Counted from the whole stretch's first letter, positions 24,701-38,105 are shown. The stretch: 60,157 nucleotides of DNA, filler included, from Sluysia triapertura (GCA_046118255.1; 5 parts of 5 records of this genome joined end to end with filler, not necessarily neighbours in it), one strand, 5' to 3'. Made by a program: numbers and translations. Notes: a model not told the origin generated them from the letters alone.

Positions 24701-26692
24701 GATCAGTACGTGATGGGAGTTCAGGTTCGTCGTCAGTACCGCAAGGTAATTGGTGATTAATTGATATAATTGCCCCATCTGAAATGTCATAATCACTAAA
24801 CCTTAGATGAGGACGTAATGGTTGCCCTTGGTACGTAAACCATGCCTTATGGTGTTTTGTTGACTTATGAAGTATATTAACGGGATCGGAGTTTTGATTT
24901 TAAGGCGCGAATTTAGATTACACGCCATACATTTTACTTTTATATGTATTGTTTGATTGTTGCGGGTTCTCGAATTGGTGGCTATGTTAACCTCAGTATA
25001 TACGTGTCGCTCGAATGCCGTAGTAGAGTCAATTATTGTCCCGGTATGATTTGTTTTTGTTTTAAAATTGGACGAAGTATTGTTGAGTTTTTAGAACAAC
25101 TGTTGTGAATTTGAGTTTCTTTCGAAATTGTAGGTTCCGTTTTATTTAGTTCCTTATTTTGGATTTGATAGGTAGATTGTCTATTACGAGTATTCTGTTG
25201 TTTTTGATTTTGAATATTGGCTTTATTATTTATATTCTTAGTCAGTTGTTTCGATATGTTGTTAGGCATACTAGCCTGTTTGAATTTTAATTTGTTAGTC
25301 TGTTGATTTGAAGTGGCCCTAGTGGCACATTGAAATGGGGGACCTTATTTACAAACTTGTGCAAAGGATTTTTTACCATTTATTTTAGATTCATTTGAAG
25401 CCCACCTGAATTGTGATTTACGATCTGGAGTGGCCCTATGGTTAACTAAACCTTTTTGTTATATTATTTTTGTCAAAAACTGCGTTTGTGGCATGATTCA
25501 AAGGTGTGACCGGGGTGGTGGAAAACCCATAACATAAATTTTATTAATTTTATGTATCGGTGTTGTCCAATTTAAAAGGTATGGTGTTTATTTGTCTAGA
25601 CGATTTTTGTGTAAAAGGTTTTTGTATGTTGTTGTGAAAAGATTTTTTATTTATTTTAAAAGATGAAACTGGCATTGTATCATTTGTTGGCTGTTTGATG
25701 ACGTCGTTGTATAAATGTGTAGAGTTGTTTTTGTCTTTTGTCAGGTTTTGTGCAGATTTAACATTATTACATGAGTTGGTGACATAGTTAAAATGTCCTT
25801 TGATTGTTTAAAATTATTGCTTTCTACATGTGTATTGTTGTTCTTGTTTCCAAGATTTAGTGAAGGTTTAATACTATTGTATGAAATGTACTGTATTGGA
25901 TGTTTGTTGTATGATTCGAATAGTAAGGGTTGTAATAGTTTATTTATTGGTTGTATGATAGTATTGTTATGTGGACTGATGTTACTATTTTTACTAGTGG
26001 TTGTACTTATAGATGGCTTGATGGTATTACTTGAGTTTATAGAGTTTTTCTCTGTTTTCTTTGATTTGTGTTTAGTTCATGTTGGATTACGTGGGAGTAT
26101 AACGTGAAAATGGTTATTCTGTAGTTGAAAGGTAACATGTTTAGTCTTTTGATTTTCATAATAGTCTGAATTTGTATTAAAAGATGTATGATTATTTTGA
26201 AATTCGATGAGCCTAGTGGTTGTATTTTGTTGGTGATCATTAGAATTGTTATTATTTGTAGAATTACTAAGTGTAAATGTTGATATTATAATGTTATTGT
26301 TTTCAAAGGATTTTTTATATACAAAATAGTTTTTAAATATAATTTTAATGGCTTTTTGACATATTTATATTAGTATATATGAATTTATTCACATTTATAT
26401 TCTTATCGAAAAAATATGCATATTACTATTATAAAAATTGTTATAAAGGAAGTTAAGACTGTTTGCATATTTTTCTACGATATGATTGAGTTTATTATGT
26501 AAAAGATGTCCTTAAATATAAAAATTGTGAAGCATGGTCTGATGGCATATGCGGGAAATAACAGGATTTCTTTAAACTTCTGACACATTTTTTGTAATGT
26601 GCTTTTGAATATTAACTTATTAAATTTATTAAAATTCTTTAAAGTTATAAAAAACAAAGTTTCCTGAATCAGATTTATTTGAGACTTTACTT

Positions 26693-27172
26693 TTAATTTA
26701 AAAAAATGAATAAAAGATCATTAAAATTCCTAAATTTATTAACAAATACCACAATTATATTAAATGTTTTTATATTTTCCAAAATATACCATGTTGTCCT
26801 GTCACATGTTCTTAAATCTAAATCAAAATGCATAAATAATATCAGTTCGTTATAGAATTTATAAACTATTACTTTATTTGATTCAGCATCGTTAATTTCT
26901 CGAATTGACTTTGTATTCGGGTAATCTTCGGTTTTGATAAATTGAGTAGGTATACTGGACAATACTTGCTTCAATCTATTACGATGTGACGCTTGGAAGG
27001 TGTTGAAGAATGCTGGTTCTTGAAGTTGATTGATAGTATGCGCAAATCTACATCTATTTCCCAACTGTAAACATTGTCCATTCTGATGAGATCTGTAAGG
27101 ACAGAGTACTAATTCACAATATGTATTGACGTCAAATGAATTGTTATTTCTATATATATGTTGACAGCGCAT
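26693..27172 (-). CDS. CCCH zinc-finger ORF, probably a fragment of a retroelement accessory frame
   Basis: CPYRSHQNGQCLQLGNRCRFAHTINQL (C-x9-C-x6-C-x3-H) with the FAH-x3-QL tail typical of Unkempt/TZF-type fingers; 159 open codons in very AT-rich DNA. Confidence 0.6.
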   Translation of the reverse strand: MRCQHIYRNNNSFDVNTYCELVLCPYRSHQNGQCLQLGNRCRFAHTINQLQEPAFFNTFQASHRNRLKQVLSSIPTQFIKTEDYPNTKSIREINDAESNKVIVYKFYNELILFMHFDLDLRTCDRTTWYILENIKTFNIIVVFVNKFRNFNDLLFIFLN

Positions 27173-27273
27173 CTAATTTTTGTTGATTTTGGAATTAAAT
27201 TACAAATGAATTGTTATTTCTATATATATGTTGACAGCGCATCTAATTTTTGTTGATTTTGGAATTAAATTAC
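27133..27273. repeat. Perfect 70-bp tandem duplication
   Basis: CAAATGAATTGTTATTTC...GGAATTAAATTA starts at 27133 and again at 27203. Confidence 0.95.
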
Positions 27274-30200
27274 TAATTTGCGGATTCCCTGAAATTTTTT
27301 CCCTTATTTTGATCATCACTAGTTGATTTGTAAATAGAATTTAGTACTATATCCTGTCCTGCATTACTTTTTGTTTTAGATTTATAGATATAAATTCTTT
27401 TGAAACATTAACATCGAGCTTAAGATGGAGGACATGTAAATAAATATTATAAATGGGTATTTCATCAAATTTTTCTAGAATACGTTTCCGTGGTTCCTCA
27501 TCATAATCATTGATTGTTTTGTCAATTTTAAACCATTTGAATTGAAAATAATCTCGGACGTACAAAAACGAATTAGGCAAATTATCGCTAAAACTGGATA
27601 AACAGTATCTTTAGATTTATTATTCATTTTCGATATAAAACTGCATTGCTTACGACGACTTTTAAGGTCTACTAAACTGGTTGAGATTTGATAACTTGAC
27701 CGCATCATCAGAAACCCAGCAATGAATAACTCCTCTTACTGTAGATACACACAAAATATTTTTGGAACAAATGTCTACAGTTAGAATATACTGCAATATC
27801 TTTATTTCTGCGGTAATCAGAGTCCAACAATTTTTATGCGCATATGGTTTTGAAGAAAACTTTCGATTATAATCATGCTTTGTTATGTCGATATAGTGCA
27901 CTAAATCTTTAGAACCCGCTTATGTTTCCATATAATTAGAATCATTTTATAATTTATTCAAATTTTGTGACAAGGTACAACAGGTGAAACAAACCAAGAT
28001 TTATCGTATCTCAAATTATTGACGAATTTAAAATTATCAATCCAATAATGAAGAGACATTACTATTTTTGACAAAGTTGTTAACGTCTGGTTATAAAATG
28101 CAAAAGTTAATTTGTAGTTATTTATCAAAATTGCTTACGCTGTTTTTTTGTAACTAATAATTGTAATGTGTTAATTATAGTATCACTATTTTTAGTTATT
28201 CATAAAATTGACCACTCTGATACTGCAACCAATAATTGTACTTGTAATTAAAGTCAGTAAATTGTTTTCTAGTAATCTCCACACTGCAATTGGTTGCCCA
28301 ATCAAAGCGAGAGAAACAAATGAAATTAATAATAACTTGATTGGGCAGTCAACAAAAATGTTTAACAATTGATTAATGGTGTGTAATAAAATGTGAAACC
28401 AAACTACTATGAATAGTAACAAGAATTTATGAGTGAAATGAATAAGTTTGTAGAGAACTTATAACCATAATGAGTAGTGACATTAAACTATGCATGTGAA
28501 TTAAATTTGTCACCACTCATGTTGGTAGTTACTGATTTGATTTTAAATAAAATGAATATGGACAATCTGGAATAAAAATGATGATAATAATAATAACACT
28601 AATGTTATCATTATTTTAATAAAAATACATAAATTCTTTGAAAACTATAACAAGAACTTTCTTAAATAAAATTCTTTTTCTAAACATATTTAAATCTTTA
28701 TAATTTAATATTTTTAAATATCTGCAAGGTTGAATGTTGAGAAATTATGACTTAAGATGTTTTGAATTAGTTTTAAATGTATGCTTGATGTTTTAAGATG
28801 CAATTGTAGTTCTAATGTTGTACGATAATGTGTAGAATGTTTTAAATGGATTTTTAAATGTTATTTAATGGTTTTAACTGGAGATAAGTTATAGTTTAGA
28901 TTTTTGGTACGTTCTAAAAGGTAATTGTGCGATGTTGAAAAATATGATTTTCGTTATGTTGGCATTGAACTATGTATGAAAATGTTTGTGATGAATTTTT
29001 AAAATATGAATTGTAGATTTTGAAGGTGAATGCGATTTTGATTAAAGAAAAATTTTTAACACAATTTGTTAAAAGAAATAGGTTGGCCACCACATCCGAC
29101 AGAATGTTCTTTTCTATTTTTAGTAGGAAATTTTCTTAAGTTTTCTTTTTTAGGAATTAAGTTTCTCTTTGAAAATTAGTGCAGTAAAATAACAAATAAC
29201 TCTTATAATTTAACAAATAGATAAAATGTAGAAATAAAATATTGAGATAAAAGTACTTGAACTTTCAAAATTTGCATATTTTCTTATATAGTTTTAATTC
29301 TTTGAGAGGTGAGTAATGCTGTGAAAGATAAATTTGATAGGATATTTATATGATAATTTGTGAGTTATGTTTTGGTCTACCATAATTTATTTTCCCAAAT
29401 TTTAATGTGAAAGTTTAATATTTTTTTACTACTGCCGACCTTAAAAGAACTATTTAACTTTCAATATGTACGAATTGTCCTGAATCTTCCTCAGTAATTT
29501 ACTTTCTAAATGATACTTTCGCGATTTTTTAAGATAGCCTGAAGTGAATCAAATCTATGTATTCAACAGTTAAGACATCAAATGGACAATCACAGTTATA
29601 TAAAAGCTATTACACCTTTCTAAATTCTTCACTTATAAAATCTTTTAGGTTCCAGGATCAGGAGAAATATGAGTTATCGAAAAATTTAGATATTTAGAAC
29701 TCATCTTAGGAGTAAGTTTTGGGGGCAGTTACAGTGTCATTTAGTAACTTTCAGGATTTGTTAAATGATTATTATTTAGAGTTACACACAGACTTGTTTT
29801 TATTGTTTTTTGTAATTAATTTTAAACCAAATATTTTTCGGACTAGTTTGTTCAGTTTTGTTTCACATATTGATCGTCCTTTCTACAACCTCATACAATT
29901 AGGCGTCGTATTTTCAATTTTAATTTTAATCAAATGAATAACAATAACATAGAATTCGTATTTAAATTATGAGATTTGAAAATGTTAGATTTATAATAAA
30001 AATAAATACTTGCTAGAATGATTCGAAACTAAACAGTAAATTTTGGTCACACATCGAACTTCCCATAATTTTTCTCCCGTCTTCGGATTTCAGCAGAACT
30101 GAAGTGAAGCTTGGTTTCAAACCATTTCGAAACTTAGTCTCGAATTTTAAAATTTTGTAACAACAGTTCGATATTATCGAAATTATAGTTTAACAATAGT

Positions 30201-31488
30201 TCCTTTCTTTTGACTTTAGACTTAAAAATTTGGTGGCATAAATATTATGAAAATATGTTTAAAAAAATAAAATTGATTAAAATTTTAAGGTTGCTTAGTC
30301 ACCAAACCAAACCCCTTAAGACGAAGAGTGTAAGGGTAACTATGTTGACGCATTAATTGTTTGGTTAAATATTTTAATTTACAAAATCCTACTCTTCACA
30401 CCGTGGTGTAATTTTATTTTATTAATGTTATTTTTAAACTTATTACTTTGTAGTAATTCACATACATAATAAGTGGGCCTACAATTTTTATTATTATTAT
30501 TATTTGAATTCATAAAAAATAATTAAAAAACTATAAAATACATATAATACATTTATTTAATTATTAACGGTTTTTCTTATTTAAAAATCCTTTTTATTTA
30601 CGTGAACATTGTTTGATGATATTCTATACATTATTTATATTAATTGATAAATTCCTGTTTTCATTATTTTAACATCAATAAAGCATGATATATTTTCCTA
30701 ATTGTCATTACTAATGTATTCAATGAAACATCTTCGATAATGTGTGATGGCTCAATTCATAACGTCTAATTTTACTACAGTAACATCGCATAATAAATAT
30801 ATCTAACAAAATTTTTAATCTTAATCACACATTCTTAGATTATCAAATAGTTCTTCGTACAACTATTCGTATTTTACAACTTCACTATTATTTTTATGAT
30901 ATTATTATTATATTATAGCAATTCTAAATGAAAATGGTCGAATCTGGGCCCTAAATTTATTATTGGTATTTTAATTAAAAATTGTGTATGTCTTGCCAAA
31001 TCAAGGAAATGCTAATTGGCTACATCGGTGTCAATTCACATTTCAATGGAGCAAAGATTGTATTTTATTATTAAATAAATTTAAGACAAAAAAAGAAAAA
31101 TTAGTTAAAATAAAGCAATATTGAATTCTAAGTAAGATAAATGTTCAAATTTTATTTATTCAATATTTGAATCGGCACGACATTTCGTATAATTTCTATT
31201 TTTATTTACTATATTAAGAATGGATATTAAAATTAAAAATTTTGTAACAAAAAAGGTTTTTATATTTTTTGCTTTTTTTAATCTTTGGGTCATGAGTTAC
31301 TTAATTCCTTCTTTTAATAATTGATACTGCTATAAGATATAGTTTAATTGGGATAAATTTTCTTATTCTAATAACAATAAAATAAAATTCTTGGTGGAAC
31401 TGCATTCTCATTCGAACAATAAATATGAGAAGTGTGATTGTAAGCAAACCTTCCTTTCATCAACTGACGTTTTTAAATTTACGTTTAG

Positions 31489-31685
31489 ACAGTTGGTTAT
31501 TTACGTCGAATGGATTGTTTACCTGAATCATTATTGAGGTTGAAATTTCTTCAATGTCGTGATTTATTTTTGACCAATCAGCTACGTACAATAACGTCCA
31601 ATCCACAATCGGAACCATTTTATCGTGCTACTAAGTACATGGAGATAACTCGAGTTCATCTATTTGATATTGCAACTCAATATAG
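31489..31685 (+). CDS. COG8: COG8 internal exon
   Basis: TVGYLRRMDCLPESLLRLKFLQCRD...RVHLFDIATQYR matches the COG8/Dor1 domain; tttAG acceptor, AG|GTTAGA donor. Confidence 0.92.
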
Positions 31686-32059
31686 GTTAGAAATTTGTTA
31701 TTATTATTTTTTATTAGGGGAAATCTTTAGTATTTATTTGATAAAGAAAATCTTTGAGGAATATTTGTCTTGCCCATAATTAGCGTAAAATAATTGGTCA
31801 AATAAAAAACTGTAATACTCCGATTAACAGGTTTGGCTTTTATCCCAAAACCCCAATTGAATATCCCAGTAAATTTTACGAAGAATGGAAAACAAAGAAC
31901 AGTAAAAATTAAACCATTCAAAATAATGTTCTAATATTGCGACACTTTAAAACTATCCAAGAGGAAATTGCTGAGATACGATTTCCTCTTCATTGGTGGT
32001 AGGATTTAAATGTAAATGTAAGAATCTAGCGTACATTTTTGTAATTTTTCATAATTTAG

Positions 32060-32684
32060 GGCGGTTTTTAGCGATGATGATGTCCATATGCCATGGTCTT
32101 CAAATTCAATACCAGGCGATGATTCTAACATACAAGCTACATGTTCAGCTGCTTCTATTTTCTGCTCATGGTTGCTACGTCGTCTTGATTTATTGCGTTC
32201 AGAACTGGCGCGTGATCTTGATCTTCTCATCAACCCTATTCACCAGAACAAGCTGTCCGGATCGGAACATCAAGACTATCTGTATCCGTCACCGTCTTCG
32301 CTCGGTTCTCGTCTACACAGTCTGCTAGGTCAAGCCATGTATTTTGGACTAAGTCTTGCTCGTTTGGGTTCTGATTTTCGACCCTTGTTGGTACCTGTGT
32401 TTGAAAGATGCATTCTTTCGATGTGCATCACACGTATTAACAACATAACACACTTATTTATCAATCAGCTTACATCTGCTACTCAGTTTTGTATCAACCC
32501 ATCTGTGTCATGTAAAGTGCCTCAAGTAATCCCCGATAAATCGGAATTAGAATCTGAGATCTCTCCACCAACTTCTCTTATGAACTGGCCAATCCTAGCA
32601 ATTTTACTGAATCAATATTTAATTCTATTGGAAGATTTGCGTCATTGTACTCCAGTGACCCTTACAAAACAGTTAGTATTAAAA
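32060..32684 (+). CDS. COG8: COG8 internal exon (3' end either 32671 or 32684)
   Basis: Phase-2 join gives QYRAVFSDDD; SLLGQAMYFGLSLARLGSDFRPLL and PPTSLMNWPILA...LRHC are COG8 motifs. Confidence 0.9.
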
Positions 32685-32747
32685 GTACTTCTTTGTATAG
32701 TTTGTTTCGCGAGTACCACGTTATTTGATTATACATTTTTCTCTATA

Positions 32748-33459
32748 AAGGGTAGTGTTCCAAAAGTAACCGAACCGTAAACTTAAATAAAAATTAGATA
32801 TCAAAAGCGACAAATGTAATTTCTTTTGTCATTTTATGTTATCTTCACTACTATTCATTTCCTTCTGCGAAATGACTTTTGCTGCGTGATATTGATTTTG
32901 CTTGATTTTTGTTCTGCCTAAGCTTCTGGACTCATTCTTAAAAATGCATCGAAGGACTGAACAAAATTTGGGATAATGATAATCCTGATCGTATTATTGA
33001 AGCAGAAGTCAATGTTTTTGGAGTCACAGTCTAGGCTCCAATCGACAACAATAGTTAATGGTGAACGTTACCTTCGTTTTCATTTTCAAAAAGATGTAGT
33101 ACCAACGGCTTGGATTAGACGTTGGATTGGACGCCGAGGACCAGTTGAATGGTCTGCCAGATACCCGGATCTGACACCGCCTGATTTTTTTCTATAGGAA
33201 GTTCTAAAGAACTCAGTTTATGCTAAAAAGCATAGAACAATTGATCAACTAAAACAATGTATTTAGCACGAATGTCACGAAATTTCAGACGAAACTTGCC
33301 AGAATGAATGTCGCAGTGTTATCAAAAGATGTCGTGTTTGTATTGAAGTTCAAGGTGGACATTTTGAACATTTGTAAATACTAAATGTACCTATTAAATT
33401 TGTTTTTTATATCTAATTTTTATTTAAGTTTGCGGTTCGGTTACTTTTGGGACACCCTG
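32748..33459 (+). mobile_element. Internally deleted Tc1/mariner-superfamily transposon in a COG8 intron
   Basis: About 70-bp TIRs (CAGGGTGTCCCAAAAGTAACCGAACCGCAAACTT), TA flanks; RWIGRRGPVEWSARYPDLTPPDFFL*...CIEVQGGHFEHL* with in-frame stops. Confidence 0.92.
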
Positions 33460-34154
33460 TATATAGTCAATTTTGCTATAATATATTATACATTTTAATA
33501 TTATTTCGGTATGGAAAATTCTCTCCACATAATAGTTAATTACATTCTATAATATAGTTCTAGTTATATTTTCATCCTCTTTATGTTTTTGGTGTTTTCT
33601 ACGGTAAATTTACATCCGCATTAATTTTTTTCTATACTATATCTCCACCCTAGTACTGTTTCAGGTTTCCAAGGATGAATTTTGTAGAAAAAACAAAGTC
33701 GGTTGATAACTTACAAAATAAGTAGCCATATTGCCATTTAAGCGACAGATTGTTGAGGTATTATCTATTTTTCTTCTTATTATCTTTTCGATTTTCAAAA
33801 TTTCACGTTTTTTGAGTTTGTTGATGTTCTTGAGTTTTTTTATTAAGAATTTGTTTATCTCTTTGTTAAAATTATTTTAGTGCCACTGTTTTACGTTTCC
33901 GGCCCGTGCGTATATGTATTTATTTTAAACATTTGTATTGTGTAGTTTCATTTTCTGAATAATTTGATTTGTTATTTTTAAGATTTATTTATGCTTGTCA
34001 GTAGTCAATGATTATTACTCATTTGAAAATTATTCTTAAATTCTGAACTTTACATTGGTTGCCAATAAAAGCAAGAATAGAATTCAAAATCATGACAATA
34101 AGTTACAAATGCGCCTACATTATCAATTAGAAATAATAATAATCTATATAGAAT

Positions 34155-34280
34155 CCACAGTGATAATAAGAGCTAGGTGATAGGTTGTATACCGTTGTTT
34201 ATGTTTCAAAAATATACAACCAATTCCAGATACGTCCAAACATTCTCTCATTCGACATTTATAAACGATTAAAATTTTCT
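34155..34280 (+). mobile_element. 3' remnant of a LINE (CR1/L2-like); second copy at 57069-57150
   Basis: Shared CAGTGATAATAAG...GTGATAGG...TATACCGTT...CAAAAAT.TACAACCA; translation KIYNQLPENVI resembles the N-x-LP ORF2 tail. Confidence 0.45.
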
Positions 34281-35259
34281 GTGGTTACAGTAAAACTGAC
34301 CTTTTCGTTGACATCACATCATCGACAAAAATCCTACACTAATTCCTTCATAATCATATTCGTCGTTTAGTCAGTTTTACTCTTTAATAAAATTTAAATC
34401 TTATTCGTATCTTTTTACATTTATATGGCCAAATTTCTTAATATAATTCTGGCTGCATTTTCATCTGATTTATTTATTTGTTATTTTCTACCTTCTACAT
34501 TATAACTATATGTGTATATGTCTTATTATTAATTCATGTCTTTACATTTCTATTGGCTAATTAACTGTGATAAACTCCATCTTTTATTTTTCTTGTCTAT
34601 TTTCAAATTTCTAATTTTATTAAAGCTCTTGAATTCTTATGAAGTATTTATTTTAAAAATTATAATTATGAGTTATCGTGAATACTTTGGATTCATCCGT
34701 TCTTCGAAGTGCTTAACCATTTTCGTGTGAGTATATTTCACAATGTGGCACAAAATTTATTCGCTGTAAAATTGTTAACATTTCGCCAAGTAAAATAGCC
34801 GATCACTACTCTTTCTATTTCACTCAAGTATTCTATTCAAAATCGCAAGAAGTTGATGACTCGCTTCGAAAAATATAGAAATCCGAATGAAAGTAATGAA
34901 CTGACGACACTAGTAAATTATTTATCCATAATCACAATCATATACTTCCATAATTCTAAGTACGGAGTAGACGTGTGATACAAACAAATCTAAAATATCG
35001 TATCATATATTGTATACAAGTGATATAGCCAAGCGCTAACATAAATAAACAACGCATACTCAATTAAACCAAGTAAATTCATCAGGACGCGGAAGTTTTG
35101 CAAATAAAATTACGAAATTCAAATTAAATTGTATTTCATTGAAAAGATTATTACGAGAAATACAAACTAATTTTATTTGAGTTTTACCTCGTAATTTAAT
35201 AATGTATTAATTAATTAATTGATTATTAATTCCAATTATAAACTTAACTGATCGACTCT

Positions 35260-35950
35260 GACATTGTGAATAATAATAATAATAATAAAAATGAAGGTAA
35301 TAGTAATAATGATAATAAAAAATGAAAATAAAACACAATCACACATTAGTTCTTTTGACTTCTTTCTAAAAAAGGAAAGTGTAACAGAATGATTCTTTCT
35401 TAACGTGGCATTTCTCTTTCGTTTAAAATTCTTTACTTTTCATTTGTCCTTATTGTCTTTTAAAAAGAATTTATTCAATAATAACGAAAAAAGGTACAAT
35501 GCAGTTAAATATGTTAAGAGAAATTGATAAGAGAATGTCTAAAGAAGAAGATAATACGTAACTAAAGGTGTTAAAGAAATTCCATTTTGATTATAATGAT
35601 GTTTTGGAAATAATTTTGAAGTGTAAATTTAATGTTTTTCAATGATATTAATGATTTGAATATTGAAGAATTGTGAACTTAAAATGTTTTGAATAAATTT
35701 TGAAATGTATGTTTGATAATTTTCGATGTTATGAAATTGTGAATTTAAAATGTTTTAGAGTATCTAAAATTTTGATGAGTCTGGAAAAGTAAAATATAAA
35801 ATGTTATGAAATGAGATATTTCGTGTGTAATGTTGAATTAAAATTGCGAATGAAAATGTTGGACACAATTACTTAGATAATTAATTACAATTTTGAGTAG
35901 AACTTCATGTGGGTTTTCCAACTTGCATTTAAGATGCGATTGGTTAATGT
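35260..35950 (-). mobile_element. Strand-skewed LTR-like repeat, close relative of 44990-45477
   Basis: AAAGAAATTCCATTTTGATT and ...AAAAGTAAAAT.T.AAATGTTAT.AAATG.GAT... shared with the 45 kb copy. Confidence 0.6.
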
Positions 35951-36206
35951 CATCATTAGCTGATTATGGGCGTAGGGTTTTCATTTTTGTTATAGTATTT
36001 AAGTTTTAAAATTTTAATAAATAATTCATCTACGTTTAATGCAACTTTTTGTTTAATACATGATGATTTATTATTACGACATACGTGCTTAAGGCACTTG
36101 AAATATTTTGGATTAGAAGTTTGGAGATAACAATTAATATAAAAAGACACGAAGATTTTATTAATGTAACATTTAAGTAAATCTACAATCAGTTTATTGG
36201 AATATA

Positions 36207-36306
36207 NNNNNNNNNNNNNNNNNNNNNNNNNNNNNNNNNNNNNNNNNNNNTTAATTAATTAANNNNNNNNNNNNNNNNNNNNNNNNNNNNNNNNNNNNNN
36301 NNNNNN
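36207..36306. other. Assembly spacer
   Basis: N44-TTAATTAATTAA-N44. Confidence 0.97.
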
Positions 36307-36499
36307 TATACCATAAGCGCTTTTGAGTACTTTCGCGGTAGATATGAGCGCCATATAAATTAATATATTATTATTATTATTAAACTCACTTACAAAATTC
36401 GTAAACAGACAAAAATTATACCTAAAATCCAAATACAACAAGATTCAATAATGAAACAAAGTCATCCTGCAATTCAGAAAACACTAAGCAAATCTTTAA

Positions 36500-38105
36500 T
36501 TATATTACATATTCAGAGATCATCAAATAGTTCTTTATACACCTATATCTTAAAAAATATATAATTTTTAATATAATTTTTTTTAATATGTAAATATTTT
36601 AATTTTATAAATTGCAATTTCTTTTAATTTTTGAATATAATTTTTAATATTATTTTAATTCAATTTAATTTTAAAAAATGCAAATAATAATTTTCAAAAT
36701 ATTATATTAAGAAAAAAGTTAATTACAAGAAAAGGTTAATTAATTAATTAATTTTATCTAGATTTACATAAATCATAAAAAAGAATTATTATCAGAAAAA
36801 CAGTACGGTAAAAAATAAAAGAATTTATTTATTTATCAAAAAATATTTAATTATTTATCAAAAATAGGCAAAAAATCAAAGAAATATTTAAATATATAAA
36901 AGCAGAATTAGTTTACAAAAAACACACAATTATCTCGAGAAGTACAAGTCCTATTCACTAGCTTTTCGTGGAAACGTCATTACAGAAGAAATTTTTCAGT
37001 CAATTTAGTCGAAACGTTACTGATTGCAGAAGAAATCTTAAACACTATCTTTCACTGAGGAAATTTTATCATTGGAAACTTTACAATTTTGTTTAGCAGT
37101 CCATGTCATATAAGTATATTGTGTTAATATTTCGCATCAAAATCTACTTAAAATCATTTCAATAATCCATCCAAGCATTCGCCCAGATTAAAATCTTCGT
37201 TAAATTTGTTTTATTTTTATCCACGGAGAAATTCCAGAGTTTATTCTTATTATTATTATATATTGCCTTGCTATTTTGTTCCACTAATTGTTATTTTGTA
37301 CGAATATAATTTTTGTAGAAACTTTATAATTAATCGTTGTTTTTCAAGTAATTTTTCATTTATTAAATTAAGAATTTTTTTAAATTGAGAGTTAAGCCCT
37401 AGAATAAAGAGTTTTTTGAATAATAAAATTTGATTCAAAGAATTTAAAGTTAGTTAATATAATTAAAAATAAAACTAAATTAAGAAGACTCAGATTAAAC
37501 TAAATCTACATTTACGTGATTGCATTAAGTTATAAGGATTGTTAACGTAGTTTTTTGACTTTTGACATCTTGTGAATACGTCTTCCTTGAGATATCGTAT
37601 ATCGATATATCACAGGTGAACCCGAAGAGAATTAATAATATTATAATTGTTTCAGCATTAATAAGAAGCCGAACAATTATTTGGCGCCCGAATTGGGACA
37701 TCATAAGTAAAAATATGAGTTTTTAATTAAAGTAAAATTATTTACAGTTAAATTAAAAATTAACTTTGTTAAGCATATATTGTGAATTTTATTGTTAGAT
37801 TTTGTGATATAAGTTTTAAAGAAAATTTATAAGGAAAATAGAAGCGGGCTACGCATAATTAATTGATTAGAGAATATTAAAAGTAAAACGAAGAAAAATA
37901 TGGAAGAAACCATAGAAGATTTAAGAAATTGTATAAGGCATCTTTCTGTAAGTATGAAACCCGCAGTTATTTTCCCAGAAATGCGTAAATTTAATGGAAA
38001 TGAAGAATAATTGTGTGATTTCCTTTTCGAATATGACAGCGTTGCAGAAGTCACAGCTGGTCAGAAATAGATAAGATTATGAGAATTCAGAATTACACAA
38101 GTAAA
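36500..38105 (+). mobile_element. 5' part of an LTR retrotransposon: LTR (start uncertain), PBS, truncated gag
   Basis: PBS above; from 37900 MEETIEDLRNCIRHLSV...PEMRKFNGNEE*LCDFLFEYDSVAEV/SWSEIDKIMRI, a typical gag N-terminal pattern. Confidence 0.65.
37682..37699 (+). promoter_or_regulatory. Retroelement primer-binding site, tRNA-Lys(UUU) type
   Basis: TGGCGCCCGAATTGGGAC matches the known Lys3 PBS TGGCGCCCGAACAGGGAC at 16/18; lies 6 nt after an ...AACA LTR-like end. Confidence 0.85.

Larger units (their letters stand above)
23317..29094 (-). mobile_element. Decayed large Ty3/gypsy element: 5' LTR-like end, long accessory region, gag, protease
   Basis: TGT-initiated terminus at 29094, continuous A/C skew and - strand ORF fragments leading into gag-PR. 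Confidence 0.55.

Noticed and set aside
25793-26107. Hydrophobic + strand ORF as an env or membrane protein (also 28192-28422, 41135-41418)
   Set aside because: Explained by G/T skew and TAT repeats generating Leu/Ile/Val/Phe-rich frames.
28506-28516. TGGTGAC on - as a tRNA-Trp PBS
   Set aside because: Only 7 nt match and it lies inside sequence shared with other LTR-like copies.
23316-29094. Matching 5' and 3' LTR pair of one element
   Set aside because: Only about 20 terminal bases match, there is no polypurine tract, and pol is cut just after protease; better explained as a nested insertion.
31993-32328. Overlapping ORFs (31993-32328 +, 32006-32233 -) and 39155-39364 -
   Set aside because: Alternative-frame or antisense shadows of coding sequence.
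35060-35100. Hammerhead ribozyme (CTGATGA on -; also 27082 and 43899 on +)
   Set aside because: No correctly placed GAAA and closing stems.
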